Assembly (NCBI GenBank): GCA_965235115.1
Contig: OZ249436.1
Span: 42,596,001-42,660,000 of the forward strand
Source: Laetmonice hystrix
Lineage: Eukaryota
Direction: 5' to 3'
DNA length: 64,000 nucleotides
In this document: positions 50,337 through 64,000 of the stretch, piece by piece
How the letters are laid out: each line of letters starts with the position of its first letter
Numbering within the stretch: the stretch's first letter is position 1
The notes under the pieces: generated by a model
What the model was told of the DNA's origin: nothing
Database searches by the model: none
What the model saw: only the letters and a program-made list of their open reading frames with translations
Program-made: the position numbers and the translations under genes

Positions 50337-53300
50337 TGTCTCGCACAGTTAAATTAGATCCAGTTGTCGTTCTATGTTTTTGGCAGCAGCAGCAGCCGTT
50401 ACAGAAACAGCTACAGGGGCTGCATTGTTTGTCAGGCAAAAAACTAAAATGTTTGTCATCACAATCACACTTGGACATGAATGTGCCATACTTGAAAATG
50501 TGACGCAAAAAAGAAGCCCCAGTCCTGCCTGAGTCCGTCAGCCTGCACTTGTCAATGTTTTAACATAATGGTACTGAAAGGCATGACTAATTCTAACATA
50601 CTTTCAACGTGATGGCTTGTCGCTTATTGGGACAGCGATACGAAGGCTGAAAGAATGTTCAATTGGAAATTCTTTTAAAAAGGCAGGGTATAGTATGCCC
50701 CACAGGCGCCGGATACAGGGTAGGCTAAAAGGGGCGCCTTGTATGTCAGCCTTGTCAACACTTCAAACATCATACCCTTATATTTGATAAACATTTATCC
50801 AAACAATCCTGGCTATGAAAGGTTCAGAATAGAAGATTGCTGCTATTATGTTCCTATTATATTGTATATAATACCCTTGGATAATTAAAGAACTTGGTAA
50901 GACGAAAGGGCAAAATTTTTAATCTTTTGTAAATATAAATGGAAAGACCAGCTTAAATCTGTCAGATTCAGACAATATAAAACGGAAAAGAACAAGGACC
51001 TCATTTGGCATTCATTCTTCTGTAGTTCAAGCAGAGAGCTTCACAACAAACCAAACTTAACCTTGGGTTCCTGAAGAGTCACCGAGAAATTCGGACTAAA
51101 ATGTGCTTTTCATTAGAGCGTTCACCCAGCTTCCTGAACACGAGAACTGTATGTGTTGACTGCCCACCATGACGTGTATCTAGCCATCATAAATGAAACA
51201 TACGGCGGCCACTATCCAATAATCAAATGGCTTTTTCCGAGCTTCTTTAATATCAACAATTTTCTTTTGTTTCTTTCTCATTGTTTCATACTTGCTGACA
51301 AGGCTGCCAGTATTTGTTCCGAATTTCAAATTCTTTAAGACAAAAGGCGGGCCGACTTCGGGCTCGGGGCAAACGATAGATCGCCTTCATACGTGCCGCC
51401 CTGTGTCCGATCAGGCCGATTCCTGCGCGGGAGCCTAGAGCCTCCCCGAACAGGGACAAGATGTTAGTACCCGGTATTCATACCGGTCACAGAAAGTCGG
51501 TACGCCAGGCCTCCAGGGTCGGTCGGAGTACTCCGCCTCAGGTGATACAGCCCGAGGACGCCCCAAGTTCTACTACGTCCTCCTCCGCCGGGAAACACAC
51601 GTTCAGCGTGGAACAATACTTGGGGAACACTGCCTACAGCTACACTTCCTACAAGAGTAATTTTCCCGGTTCTAATTTAAAACTGGAGAAAATAAGGCAG
51701 TTCGCTAAGCTACATTTGGGAAGCTGTGTGAGCCTCTATTTATCATTCCCCACCGTAATCCTTACCCTGGATCCCGTAGATGACTTTTAGGAACTTTTCC
51801 AGGAAAACTGAGCCAACAATTCAATCCTTTTGTGCCATGGACAAACCTCTAGTTCAGCATGACTAGGCCCCACACGTACGACTTGATCAGACATGCGAAG
51901 TCTCTCTGCATGAAATAAGCTCAAAATACGTGGACGTCTCATTTTGTTTTGGCTCAACCATTTCTATCCAGGTGCACGGATCTCTTATGATGATTACTTG
52001 TGCCAACTTCCACATACCTAAATGTCCCTACAGGCCAACCCTGGATCTTATATGCTGTTTAACTCATGCAAAAGGAGAGTCCATACAAAAGATGATATAA
52101 ATATAATAATCTAGATCCCATTTCCTTGAGAGAAAACGGTTCCAGCATAACGACAGCAAAATTCCAAACTTTAGCTTTCATTCCGTCCCATGTTTAAAGA
52201 GGATTACGATTGGAAGAGTACACAGAATTACCCCTATCAAATCCTTATTACACAGTGTATCCGTTTCTTATCCACCCTATCAGTATCTTGACATCAACCA
52301 ATAACCAACAACTCCATCTTTATATCGTCTTGTTATCGTTTTGGGCATATACTTCTCCTACAATAAGGAAACAAACGTAGCGAGAAAGCTATAGTACAAT
52401 GAAAGAGATGCTTTTACCATTGGTTTGCCCATATTCCAAGTTACGTTATAACTGTTACCAACAGTGCTAAATGCACATCACACACCATCTCCTCACACGG
52501 CGTCTGGTGTAACAATCACCTCCACTGTGAGAACACAGCGCGAATACACAGTGATATTTTACCTATTGCTGTTTAAACAAACAAGCCAGATACACGTTCT
52601 GAGACTGTTTCAAAGAAAGGCAGTCCAGATCAAAGATGTACTAATTGTCTTCTTGCACAAATACATGTCTGGATGTTGATCTAGCAATTGCCTTTGATAA
52701 AGTAAAAATGCGAATTACACCTTGTTTTCAATGAGATTCTCTATTTATTTTAGTTTGATTCAACCTGTACATCATGCTTATTTTTCGTGCTTAGCGTCCA
52801 ACAAATGTAGTTTAATCTGATGATCGAACTACCAAGAATGTCTCCCACAAAAAGCAGCCTCCCAGTACCAGCATTTTGATTTCTCCTGGGTAGTAGGCCT
52901 TCGACCAAGTGTCTGTGTGAAGTTTTTTTGTTTATATACCTACCAGGTACTCGTGTAATCTTATATCACCTCATCCCCCCTTCAGATCAGAACCCCTGGT
53001 ATTCCAGTCCTTCAAGTGTTTGTTGTTCCTCCCCTGGGACGCCAACCTACACTTGGCCTCAGCAAACTCAGGATCGGATTTTATTGAGACTTTATACCTC
53101 GCTCAAGGAGGGCCCATGGCCAGAGCATTAACAAGGGGAATACCCCTCTCCTAAAACGACTTCATAGCATTGTTCCTTTTTTCAACCGTAGGCCTTTCTA
53201 CATTTTTGAGCCACTGATTCAGCCGGCTGGATTGTAAACCACATCCTGGTGGGTTGGAGAAGGGAGGGCATTGACATGGAACAGGTCTGAAAGGACCCGC

Positions 53301-53611
53301 GCAATCTCCACGGAGTTACTCACGCAGAACGCTCAACTCGTGGAGCGCGGTCAAAGTCTGTCTAAAACACAAACCGCGACTCCAGTCACTAACAGAATAC
53401 ATCAATGGATCCCAACGCAATGTAAACTTCATTAGTAAATCTAGCGAACTAGTCAGGCAACATGATCCGAGCTGAGAAACTTTGGCAAAGGGATCGTAGC
53501 AATATGGCTTCTTCTCAAGTCAGGGCCGCCGTCTTAGCACTTGTTTACAAGTGGGTTTACTTGAGGGTCACAACTTTTTTGCAGTTGTAGAACTGTGGTA
53601 GTAGAACTCAC

Positions 53612-53643
53612 CTGTGGATTGGGTTGTCCACTTCTAACTTCAT
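53612..53643 (-). CDS. Second candidate upstream coding exon
   Basis: aagATG, MKLEVDNPIH, then a consensus donor CAG|gtgagt. Phase 2, in frame with the 49998 acceptor. No homology support. Confidence 0.3.
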
Positions 53644-53929
53644 CTTTGCTTAATCCAACGTGAACATTTGAACAACAGACAAGTCCATAGCACTGGTAAA
53701 TCCTGGGATTTGTTACAATCTTGTACCTCAAGTCATGGCCCCATTTATTGGCGCCCAGTAATGAGAAACTCCCATTTCGTGCCCACTGCCCGCACTCGTG
53801 ATTTGACCCAGCAGTGGAGTTGGAGCGGAGTGGTGTAGAAGTGGAGCAGCTTACAGGCCGCCATGGACGGGCCAATCAGGAGGCAGCGTCGCAGCCCCAG
53901 TCAGCCAGGCGTGTAGAGTTTTGCCTTAC

Positions 53930-53994
53930 CTGGGCGAGTCAGCAGTACACGCCTGCAGCCAGTTCTGTCCTCCTGCAATCTGTTTTATGTGCAT
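53930..53994 (-). CDS. Candidate upstream first coding exon of the USP53/54-like gene
   Basis: agtATG (A at -3), MHIKQIAGGQNWLQACTADSP, then AG|gtaagg. The phase-2 donor joins in frame to the acceptor at 49998. There is an in-frame stop upstream and an initiator-like TCAGTT at 54065-54070. No homology support. Confidence 0.4.
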
Positions 53995-56900
53995 ACTCCA
54001 CTTGTTCGATGTAAAGATTAGATCCGACTCCAATCGTCCTGTTTGCTAATGGGCTGAAGGCTACAACTGAAGGTGAATGTCGTGTAAGCCACAAGGCATA
54101 CCCTCAACTTCTGAGTTTGAAAGTCGGGTCAGGTGCCTGGCAAGCCAGACAAGCCATGTGAAACACACCAAGAGTCAGTCCCCCTTCCTTGACAAATTAT
54201 CACAAGGAGTACATTCAGTATTATATATATATGCACCGCAATCCTTAGAATCTCAGGGACCCCTCTGCTTGAAGGTCATCACAAAGACAAAACAGGCAGA
54301 GAACGTAAAATCTCCGGACCATCCCTTGAAGTCGTGGGCGTCCTAACGTATGGCTTCTGTGCTACACACAGGCTTGGCAAGAGTTGTAAAAATACTGACT
54401 GCCCATTGGTCAAGATAGTGGATTAGCTCTACGGGGGGCCTGGGTGGGAGAAGAGCCAGTCCAGTCATTAGACAGAGGGTGGGAAGGGAGGGGGTACAGA
54501 GGGGTGGGTCGGCTAAGGGGGTGCTGGGGCGCAAGGGGGCTGAACGAAAGCACCCCCTACCCCTTTAATTGGGAAGGGCGAGGTGAACGCTGACTTGAGG
54601 CGTTGGCCTACAACTCATGCATGCACTGCAAGTACAGACGCGGCGGCATAAAACGGTGCGCACATCGAGCGTGGCCAGATTGAGGACTCGGGCCCCTCCT
54701 AAACTGTCTGTGCTCAGGGACTGGACGTGGACAGTAAAATTCAGCGGCACACGACCAACAACCGCACACTGACATAACACTCTCCTCTCACGGAAATATG
54801 TGTCAAGTCCAAACCAGTTATGGAAGCACTTTTTACGTATGATATAGTCTTGGGATAGCCATATGCATTAACACTGACACGTACGGTCTGCTGACATAAC
54901 TGTAAACTCACACAAATGCTAGTAAAAGCACGCACCAGGTAACATGATAAACACCACCAAATTGCTAACACAATATTGATGCATTTATTATTTGCATTAC
55001 TTTGCCATACCCTGCGACATGTACATACAGTTAAGATCATATTTATACGCCAATTCCTTAACCACACACTAAATAAATGAGAAATGTATGCCAAAATCCT
55101 TAAGGCGATTGTTTGCGTTGAGCTGTGTCTTGGCAGGGATATGAATGTCACGGTCTCAATCAAAACATGTGTTAATGTCTGGCCACTTTAAAAGATTCAG
55201 AACAGACCAAAAAACCTCACTCAACAAGAAAAGCACACCAACAGCTGCATATCGTAACTCAGAATTTAACTCACAGTGCTCCGGTATTCATCTATACCTA
55301 GATTAAAAACATAATTGAAACGAGAAAAAATGTAGCTCTTAAATTTAAGATCAAGGTTAATGTAAAACCGCATAAGCTCTAAACGTAAACATGTAGGCCT
55401 AAATCACGAATCGACTTTCGTGTGAGCCCTTTCAATGTCTAAAACTACCACATGATGTCTTTGCTATCTTTGAAAATTCGATTTGGAACGCCTTAAAGTC
55501 CCAAGTAACTTCTGTTTTTGATGTTCTCGTTTACAGTATAGAGTAGACCCTGGTAACAGGGAAATGCATGGTCAGCTGTACCACATTTAACGTCCAACTT
55601 AAGCCCTGAAGGGAGGTAGCTCTGAGGGGAGCAGCACAAACAGGACGCCAGGTTTACTTTGGTCCAGCCTCTGATGACGGATCCGTCACTAGTACCCAGT
55701 ACCCGCCCGCCTTGGAAGACGTCCAGCCGGTCGCCATACCTCACCCCTCCCTCTCCCGCCTACACTCCGGCTGTGCTTCTGACAAGTTCCATGGGGGCAT
55801 CTCCCCCCCCCCCTGCTGGAGACTTGGGACATCATCATCATCCCAGCCCGGAGCCGTCATCACCCTAAACCCGTCCCGAGATGAGGAACAGCCCTAACCC
55901 GACTCCCTGGTGGTAGATGACCAGGTCAGTACCAACACTCGATACCTCAGCAAAATCTTCCACAGACCAACTGAAACTAAATCCTGACAAGATATCACGG
56001 GGTAAGGCCACAGTGACAGAGGAGACACAGACTTGGAAAAAATGAAGCAAACTCAACATAACAGAAAGGTTAGAATGCCCTAAAATGGATACAAGTGATA
56101 GTGTCTATAGTTTCTGAGGACCAGACACACATGTTCCTGATGTGAACCCGTGCCTTGGAGGTGGTGACCCTGTTGCACGGTTACCCGTTCAGCCCAGCGA
56201 TATAATAGACACGAGCGCCACCTGGTGATAAGACCTACTACAACCAGCTATGATCACGAATGTCCCTACAATGTCAGCTGTCAAAGATCAAAAATATAAT
56301 AAAATAATACAATGGCGACTGAGTTCATAGTCCAGGCTCTAAAATGCACTAACATGGAGGGAACCATATTAGATGACAAAATCCCCAGGCCAACAAAAGT
56401 TCACATGAATGCAACGATAAAATCGAGAGAGAAAAAAACGCGTGAAATCGGCAACATACTGTTATGACTGGCTCCTTGTCACGTCTAGGTATTGTTTTGA
56501 ATATGCCCTAGATGCGATGTGACTATAGACATCTCGACAGTCAATCAGCCAGACGTCCTCCTCTCCTTGAACATCTGATATACCAAACTCGCCAAACCTC
56601 CCTTCCCCGATAGTGTGGGGCCGGGGCCCCCTTAGATTACAATGTTCTTTTGACAATACGTTTAAACAATGCGAGAAAGATTTGCGATGTCTTTAAAAAA
56701 GAGCGGGGTCGGGCCACTCCTTTCCTAACTAAAACCTGTCCACTATGTTATGGTAGTACGTGAGCCTGACAGAAGCCATGTGTTTTACTGGTCGCTGCTG
56801 CTCAAATTCCTATATACACACAACATCAATTCGAAACATATCTTTAGGACAAGTTTCTCCTTCTAAGGTCTCCAGTCCGTTCTTTTTATATAACATAAAT

Positions 56901-59900
56901 AACATCAAATTTCCCAGGAAACGGATTCACGTTCTGAAGAACTGGTTAATTACTGCCATAACAAGGCTGCAGGGACAGAAACCAGGGTAATTGAAGGCGC
57001 CATTGTTTTTCTTCTTGTTTCTATCTTCTTGAGTGCTCTAATAACAAAACAACATATAATTGTTTTAGCATTCCTAAAACCATGATGCCCATATTAGTTC
57101 CTATATCTGGACAATTTCTTAAGACTAGACATAAACTTTTCAATTATTGTTGGCTAAAATTAAATGTGTCTGAAATCATGTGAATTTGTCTAAACCACCA
57201 GACACCGATATAATTAGAAGCTCTCCGCGAACTTGCGATCCATGGAAAGTGTCCTCACCTCAAAGAGCAGAAAAACGAGCAGAAACAAAAGTAGACCTAT
57301 GGGATACCAGTCACGCTGACCACTGTACCAGGTGTGGCCCGTCACAGCATGGCCTCCAGCTTGCCGGAGTATACAGGTCACAGAATGATCATTAAAACTG
57401 GATCCACAGCCACGCCGGTCAAGTACTTGGTCCACCCTGACCACACCCTCTGGGCGGGAGACATGCCATCCGGTAAGCCTATATCAGCAAGTCTGGGTCA
57501 AAGGTCACAGATCTGACATGAGATCTCATCCGCAAAAGCGCTGATAAGGAAATGGAAACCGACATGACATAGTTGTTTGCAATTTGGCTAAGTGTATGTT
57601 TTCTCTGACCACTGCCCTATCAAATGAAAGGCGGCTAAACTCGCTATATCTGGCACACATAATAACAGACTGGACAGCTTACAGCTGGTCTTATCTGGCT
57701 GGTTCGCCTGGATGGCACACGCTGCATGCCCAAAATTAACTTATTTTGCACTAACGGACAACACGTGTCGCGCAAAAAACAGACCTACTGAAATCACAGG
57801 TCTTCAACCGAAAAGGTCTTTAGTCCACCAAAGTTACTTTGCCCAACTTGATATGTCCAACATATGAAGTTTTTATTTTAACAAAGCTATAATTAATTCA
57901 AGAATTATTCTAGAACGTCTACTGTAACGGCCCGTTGAAGTTTTACAGAACAAATGGTCAACCTAAATACATAAGACTTTTTGTGTGGCACTAAATTCTG
58001 TATAAAAGGTAAATAATAAAATCAGCGGATAACCTTGGAGACATTAGTCCTTCCCGAGTCTTGAGTTCCTTTCACAACAGGTGCACACGGATGAGCCGGT
58101 AGGCCTGCTTGTCTATATGAGGTCGGCCTAGGGGTCCTACTGGGTCTTTGTGTATGATGTGGAGTCAAAGTGTGCTGCTGACTAGGACCATTGCTAGGAC
58201 CTATAGAGTGGCAGGTCTACTTATTGTATGCCATGCAACACACCGCATTCTGACTCCATCACGGGGTGAGGATAAATGTGGCTGCTAGAGTTGTCGCCTT
58301 GGCGGGGAACCACCTTAATTAACAGAGGCACCATTTGGATAATCTGTCTGCCCATGGAGTGTGGCAGGGCGGGGGTCACTGCCACATGCCACGGGGCACA
58401 GCCCCCGCGGCCCCCACCCGGCCAGACATTCAATTGACAACGCCAACCATTACAACAATAGACGCGCGCCAGGAAATAAACACCTCTAACAGTCCATTGT
58501 TTCAATGGTGACATCACAATATACTGGACTGTCACAAGCTAGGCTATGATTTGATATATGTTTCCCCCAAATACTTTCAGGATGGCACTTGACATCAACG
58601 GAATAATACCGTATTGACATCATGGTACCGCACAGAGGACAGTAGACAGTTATGAGATGTGTCGTTTGCTCTAGAGATTACAGGATTACAATCTACCAGT
58701 ATAGTTCTTAGCCAATACATGATGCAGCCGTTCTTACACAAGACACCGGATTGCCTAGTGCCATAGATGACCTCTGCAATATGGCCCAGGGCAACCAGTG
58801 GTCGTCATCATCCATCATTGTTTGGTTGACTTCTCACAAATTAAAAATAGTAATATTATTACTTGTAACTGTCAACAAAAGGAAATGACCAGTTTCACTA
58901 TCCGGCACGGAACCAGATGGACATTGATTGATTCCTACTATAATATAGGGCTTAAAAAGGCTGTACAACAAAGACTATCTCTAGGAGATCAAGCGACATT
59001 CCTACATAGAGATAGAACCTATCTCTATAGTGTAAGAGAAATTCTTCCAATGATTAGGAATAGAATTCTAGTGAGCTGAACGATCAACTTTACAATAATT
59101 TCGATAAATGCTGGTAGCCTAAATGATGTTCAACAGACAGAAAACAACTTTTTTTTGTAAATATGTAAGGATGGTGAGAAGACCCCCATGAAAATAAGTC
59201 TTTAAGAGGCCAGGGCAACCAATCGAAATTTTCAATTATGGATGTTTCAGGTCTTTAATATAGGCAACGAGTATAGAATCGTTGGTATAGGCCGATAATT
59301 TTCCCTCCTGGCCAACATGACCGTTGGCCTGTATACTTTGATTACCGTACCATTAAGTCTCTTCCATTAAGGCTTTACTGCACAGATGGCTGATATTCAT
59401 CCTTGATCACTTGGCGGCTATTATGTCAAGTACAAGGGGTAATTGGTCACGTTGCATAATCTCTAACCTTGCAATTAACTGTACAAGGTTAATTAGAAGG
59501 TATTGATTACAAGGAAGAGCCGACAAATGATTAAAGTGTTAATTCTGGAACAATTGTGATTTTGTTTGATTAAAAATACCATGTTTAAAACCACACGAGC
59601 CATTGTCCAAAAAGGACCTGGTAAACAACTATTGCATATAAAATTTAACGACTGTTATCCCTGGGCCAATAGTGATGTTATGTATGAATGTATGTTGTTA
59701 TGCTGAGAGCGACTCTGAGTGCCTGTATAACTGAATTGATATTCACCACAGGGTGGATGGCTTGGTAAGAATATGATACTGCCTCTTGTCTTGCTTACAT
59801 AAAGACTGCCTATGTAAAAACAACCCAAACTTGTCGATTTCGTCCTTCTAGGACAAAGACATAAACCACATACTGTTTTGGTCATGGATGACTGGCCGTT

Positions 59901-61996
59901 GTTGCATGTATAATCAGGCTAGGCAGGCTGTCATATTTGAGATATTGTGCTGATGAGCATGTTTTTCCCCCGTCCCAATTCATCACTTGCGTGACATGTA
60001 TGGGCGACACCAATGTCAACCGATGACCGCTGTCACGCATTGTTCACCACGTGATGCCTCGATCGGCCCTGAACCGTTCACTGCACCAACCACTTCACTT
60101 TTAAAATTAAGGACCTGCCCACCAAGTATCTCATCGAGCCCCATCTAGTCGTAGAGACCACCAAGACATAAACCTTTCAACTCAAGTTTCCACCTTGACA
60201 GTTCTTGACACCAGATGGCCCTGGATAAATACTTCCCTTATCAATGATGTTGGTTGTGATAACCCCTCCATGGTTAATTGGAGTATACTAGTTCAGATAA
60301 GTTCATATCCAGAACAGAAGGCACCACACAGTCTTGATAGAAGTGTGTCTATTCAATTTTGTGTTTAAGGACACACTCGATGTCAGAAACCTTAAATTGT
60401 ATACTTATCGGACGATAGGTCCCCCGACAGAACACGACCGAGATCCTAAGTTGAAGCTTAGCAAGTAAAAACCACACACTACCAGTTCATCGGGCTGTTT
60501 ACTTTGCAAAGCTCGAAAGCACTGTCAATAAATCTCCGACCATTGAATGAGACACATTGCCAATCCTGAGATCTCTCGGGGTCAGGTGAGTCACAAACAA
60601 GGACAGCATGAAAAGTTAATGTTTCAGGTAAAAGGAAACCACTTCCCCTGTGATGACCTCGCAGAACACTGTAAGACGTGCTTTGTGACACTTCCGTCCT
60701 AGAGTTGACAGGACATGCACTCATGCTGAGCCAAAACTCAGAGAATTCAGGTGGCACATCTAAACAGCACCCCCCAAAAATGGGGGGGGGGGGGGCAAGA
60801 ACAGCATGAAATCTTAAAATATAAATCACATCAATTAATCCTCTTTGAACCAACAGCATGCAAACACTATACCATACCGTTATGCTTTAGGTGAAGATTT
60901 TGTTAATATCGAAAGATAATTGAGGTAATTAGAGTGATTGCTCAGGCAATCTCTGCTATAGAAACCATGCCAGCTCTTTCTTTCTTGTTTTATTAATGAC
61001 TGATAAAAAAAACTTGGTGCAGTGCCTAACGTCAAGCGTTCCCCAATGACACCAAACTGCCTGCAATCATTTACAGGTAATCTCTGCTTAATAATCCTGG
61101 CCCAGACTTAATTGTTGTCATGTGTGCGGCAAGCACCTAACAAACAAACCTTTTGCGCTTGGGCCATGTGCATGGGGCCATTAAGTGGGATGCCCACGTG
61201 TCTGATCTAATAGTTCAATACCCAGACAAGCCATGATGAGGTATCTGGCACATATCCTTGGTGGGAGAGTGTATGACTTTCGAAATATGCTATCTAAATC
61301 TCCAGGTTTATCCCAGACTATGCTGTATCATATGAGAATGTTACGTTATGTCATACAAGGCTAAAGACCCTAACCTTGTCAGAGCACTTTTACATAACAA
61401 ATTATCTGAGGGGTTTGCACTGATAACCGCAACGCCCTGTACTTTTGGATAAAATACAAAATGCACACATGCTGCGTTAAATCTCAAGCCTCTTTACACA
61501 TTACAAAATTTGAGTCCTGATTGGGTACTAATACAACTAATTGCGACACCCAAAGAATCTGCTCATATATTAACAGACAAAGAAATCTGCCAATAGTAGT
61601 TTAAAGTGGTCAAAATGTTTTGCCATAGTTCTGTTTGAATCCTGCAGTTTTAAACAATACATGATTCCTGTGAAGACTGAGTGTCAGCGCCTTGGGGAAA
61701 TTCGTCTCTTGGCACGCCCCCAATTTAAAACCCCTGCTGGCAGTGTTGACTAGTGTTTACCTTTTGCTGGATAAAGGTAATTTACTAAGGTCCATTTTAC
61801 GAGAAACTGCATACAGATAACCTTGCTCTTATTGCCTTTGACACGAAAACAACATTTACACTAAGTTATGTTTTTTTAATCCAGCAACGGGCCGTTCTAG
61901 ATGTATTCTTGTTTTTAAGTTGAACAACATTAAGTCCTGCTGGAACTGCTGTTCTTACGCCTGGTGTGAAGTAAATGAAAAGACAAGAGACCTTAC

Positions 61997-62068
61997 CCAT
62001 GGCGACGCTGTTGGGTGTTTACATGGACAATTGTCTGCTTTTACATAAACAAATGGTTCCTGAACTGA
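61997..62068 (-). other. Candidate distal first exon (promoter-proximal)
   Basis: Initiator-like TCAGTT at 62063-62068. The exon would end cgtcgccATGG|gtaagg, an optimal Kozak context directly followed by a strong donor. Confidence 0.3.
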
Positions 62069-62685
62069 ACCATGAGGCTAAAGGTATTTGCCCTCTCTGC
62101 AACATTATTCCCCAATGACCCCTAGAATCTTCTAAACGGGTTCAGAATATAAAGATCTCTTGAAAATTTATTAGGCCTACATCGTTCGATCTTATTCTAC
62201 AGCAATGTGTAAAGAGACCATTCCCAAATACTAGCACTTTCTCAGTTTTCATTGTACTGTTTTTTTTATATTAGTACGTTGATAATAATAATAATAGACT
62301 CAATCGTAGTAAGTAAGCTGATTATGTTTCCAGACAAGCAAAGACCAAGGATCTGAACGTGAAACAATAAATCTCCTGGCTAACAACTTTGGCATCTGTT
62401 CCGTCCTGGGACAACTGGGTTAGAACTTACACACATGTTACAGGTATCTCCAGACATAGCCGATGAACAGACAGTGGCAAGGGGGGCTTCTTGGCAACCT
62501 TTTTACCCATAGAACTTTCTGAATTGACCATTTACAGTAGATTCAAGGACCACTCAGTGATGAACAAACACGAGGCAAAACAACGGTAAAATAATTATCA
62601 AACGGTTTGGCATCGACATACAGATGGCAGTGTAAATCAGGTCCAGCGTTCAGACTGAGAACGTGGACACGTACTGCCGACTCCA

Positions 62686-62699
62686 CTGCCATCTGGTGG
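62686..62699 (-). promoter_or_regulatory. CTCF-like motif
   Basis: Minus strand CCACCAGATGGCAG fits the CCASYAGRKGGCRS core. Motif match only. Confidence 0.35.
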
Positions 62700-63925
62700 T
62701 TTATACTGGCACTATTACCAGGCCCGACTTAGCTCTAAATATAATCTAAGCCTGAACATTCAGGAGGCAGATATCGATTATATAAATCAGAAAAAAATAG
62801 TAAATGGACCACTTGTTTACCAACAAATAGATCCGCCCTACAGCTGAACACAGACATTTTAAATGACAAAGAATGACAATGTTATGACGTTTATCTATAA
62901 TAATGATTAATCTGATAATAATGACTGTCTCCAAAAAAGATGTTCATTATATACATTGTACATCATAATGTATTTAAAACCGCGTTTGGTGATATTGAAC
63001 ATTGTAGTTGGCTTAAAATTAGGAGTTTGGAAGACATTACTGTGTGATATTTTTTGTAGAATACTAATCCACTTTAAAGTAACCTTCCATGACGTTAGAC
63101 ATTCCATACTCAACGTTGAATAACATTCTGATTACCTGTTATCAGAATAACCCAGTTCTTACTCCTTCCTTGTCTTTTTACTTGTGCGTTCATTTAAACG
63201 CAATAACCCAGACGCACCCAATGGTTCTGAGGCACGCAGACATGTTCACCTGGGCTGACCCCACCCACTCCCAGTGGAGACAATAGATCAAAGGCGGCAG
63301 CACACAATAATATTGCATACATTAAAGTCAGGTGTTAATGGCTGTTTGCACATGTAATTCCTGATCACTCAAGCTGAGTGAAACTAAATGCCCCACAAAA
63401 GCGATCCATGTAGCAACCCAGGACATCTCCTGTCAATTACCATGCTAGGTGATTCCAAAGAGTGCTGTCTGGCCGCCCCCTTTCCACACCCAAAAAATGC
63501 TACCATTACCGTTTTATGTCATTTGCACAAGGAAGCGTAACCATTATAGGTCTAACATAGACCTGAAAAAAACCGTTGTACCAGAGCATACATAATGTTA
63601 TCTCAAACATGTCAGTTCATTACCAATCCCAATGATAACTCATGTAATGATCCAATACCATTTACTTCTGAACTTCAATCTTGGCAAGCCCATATTTATA
63701 AATGATCTTTGAAGCGAACGTGTGCCATGGCCTGTAGTGCTGCAGGTCAATTTTAAAGAACACCTGCACCAGCACCTTACTAGTCACTGACCATCGGTTG
63801 GATATCCTATCTGGGTACCATAAGATTACTTACATACCACTTTGGCTCTCAACTTTCCCAGTGGATTCCTCAATCAACACCAGAAAATCACTATTACAGA
63901 TTGTCCCAGCTTCCACTTTTTTAGA

Positions 63926-64000
63926 AGGGCTCTAGCTAGAAATTTCTGAGTGGGGGGGGGGCAGTCAGGGGCGGATCCAGAAATTTGACAAAAGGGGTGA
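63926..64000. mobile_element. Left end(s) of hAT-like MITE(s), cut by the window edge
   Basis: AGGGCTCTAGCTAGAAATTTCTGAGTGGGGGGGGGGCAGTC matches 30358-30400. It is followed by a second CAGGGGCGGATCCAG-type end at 63966. Confidence 0.7.

Overview
This is animal (probably invertebrate) nuclear genomic DNA with long introns, not prokaryotic. Almost all listed six-frame ORFs are spurious. Most of the window is the 5' part of a minus-strand USP53/USP54-family deubiquitinase gene (echinus-like). Five GT-AG coding exons splice in frame: 49806-49998, 17635-17727, 14345-14479, 7481-7594 and 5304-5383. The gene probably continues left of the window, and several candidate alternative 5' exons lie upstream and within the 32-kb intron after the Cys-box exon. 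The most striking structure is in that intron (24664-34051). Three different copies of a non-autonomous Helitron/Helentron-type (DINE-1/HINE-like) element appear nested Russian-doll fashion, each inserted at the same nucleotide 62 bp inside the previous copy. The result is three head-less bodies followed by three identical stacked 62-bp heads. The bodies carry a mosaic of MITEs, one with a tRNA-Ile-like Pol III cassette, and TA(GGCC)TA-type micro-insertions that look like excision footprints. All calls come from manual reading; no database search or alignment program was run.
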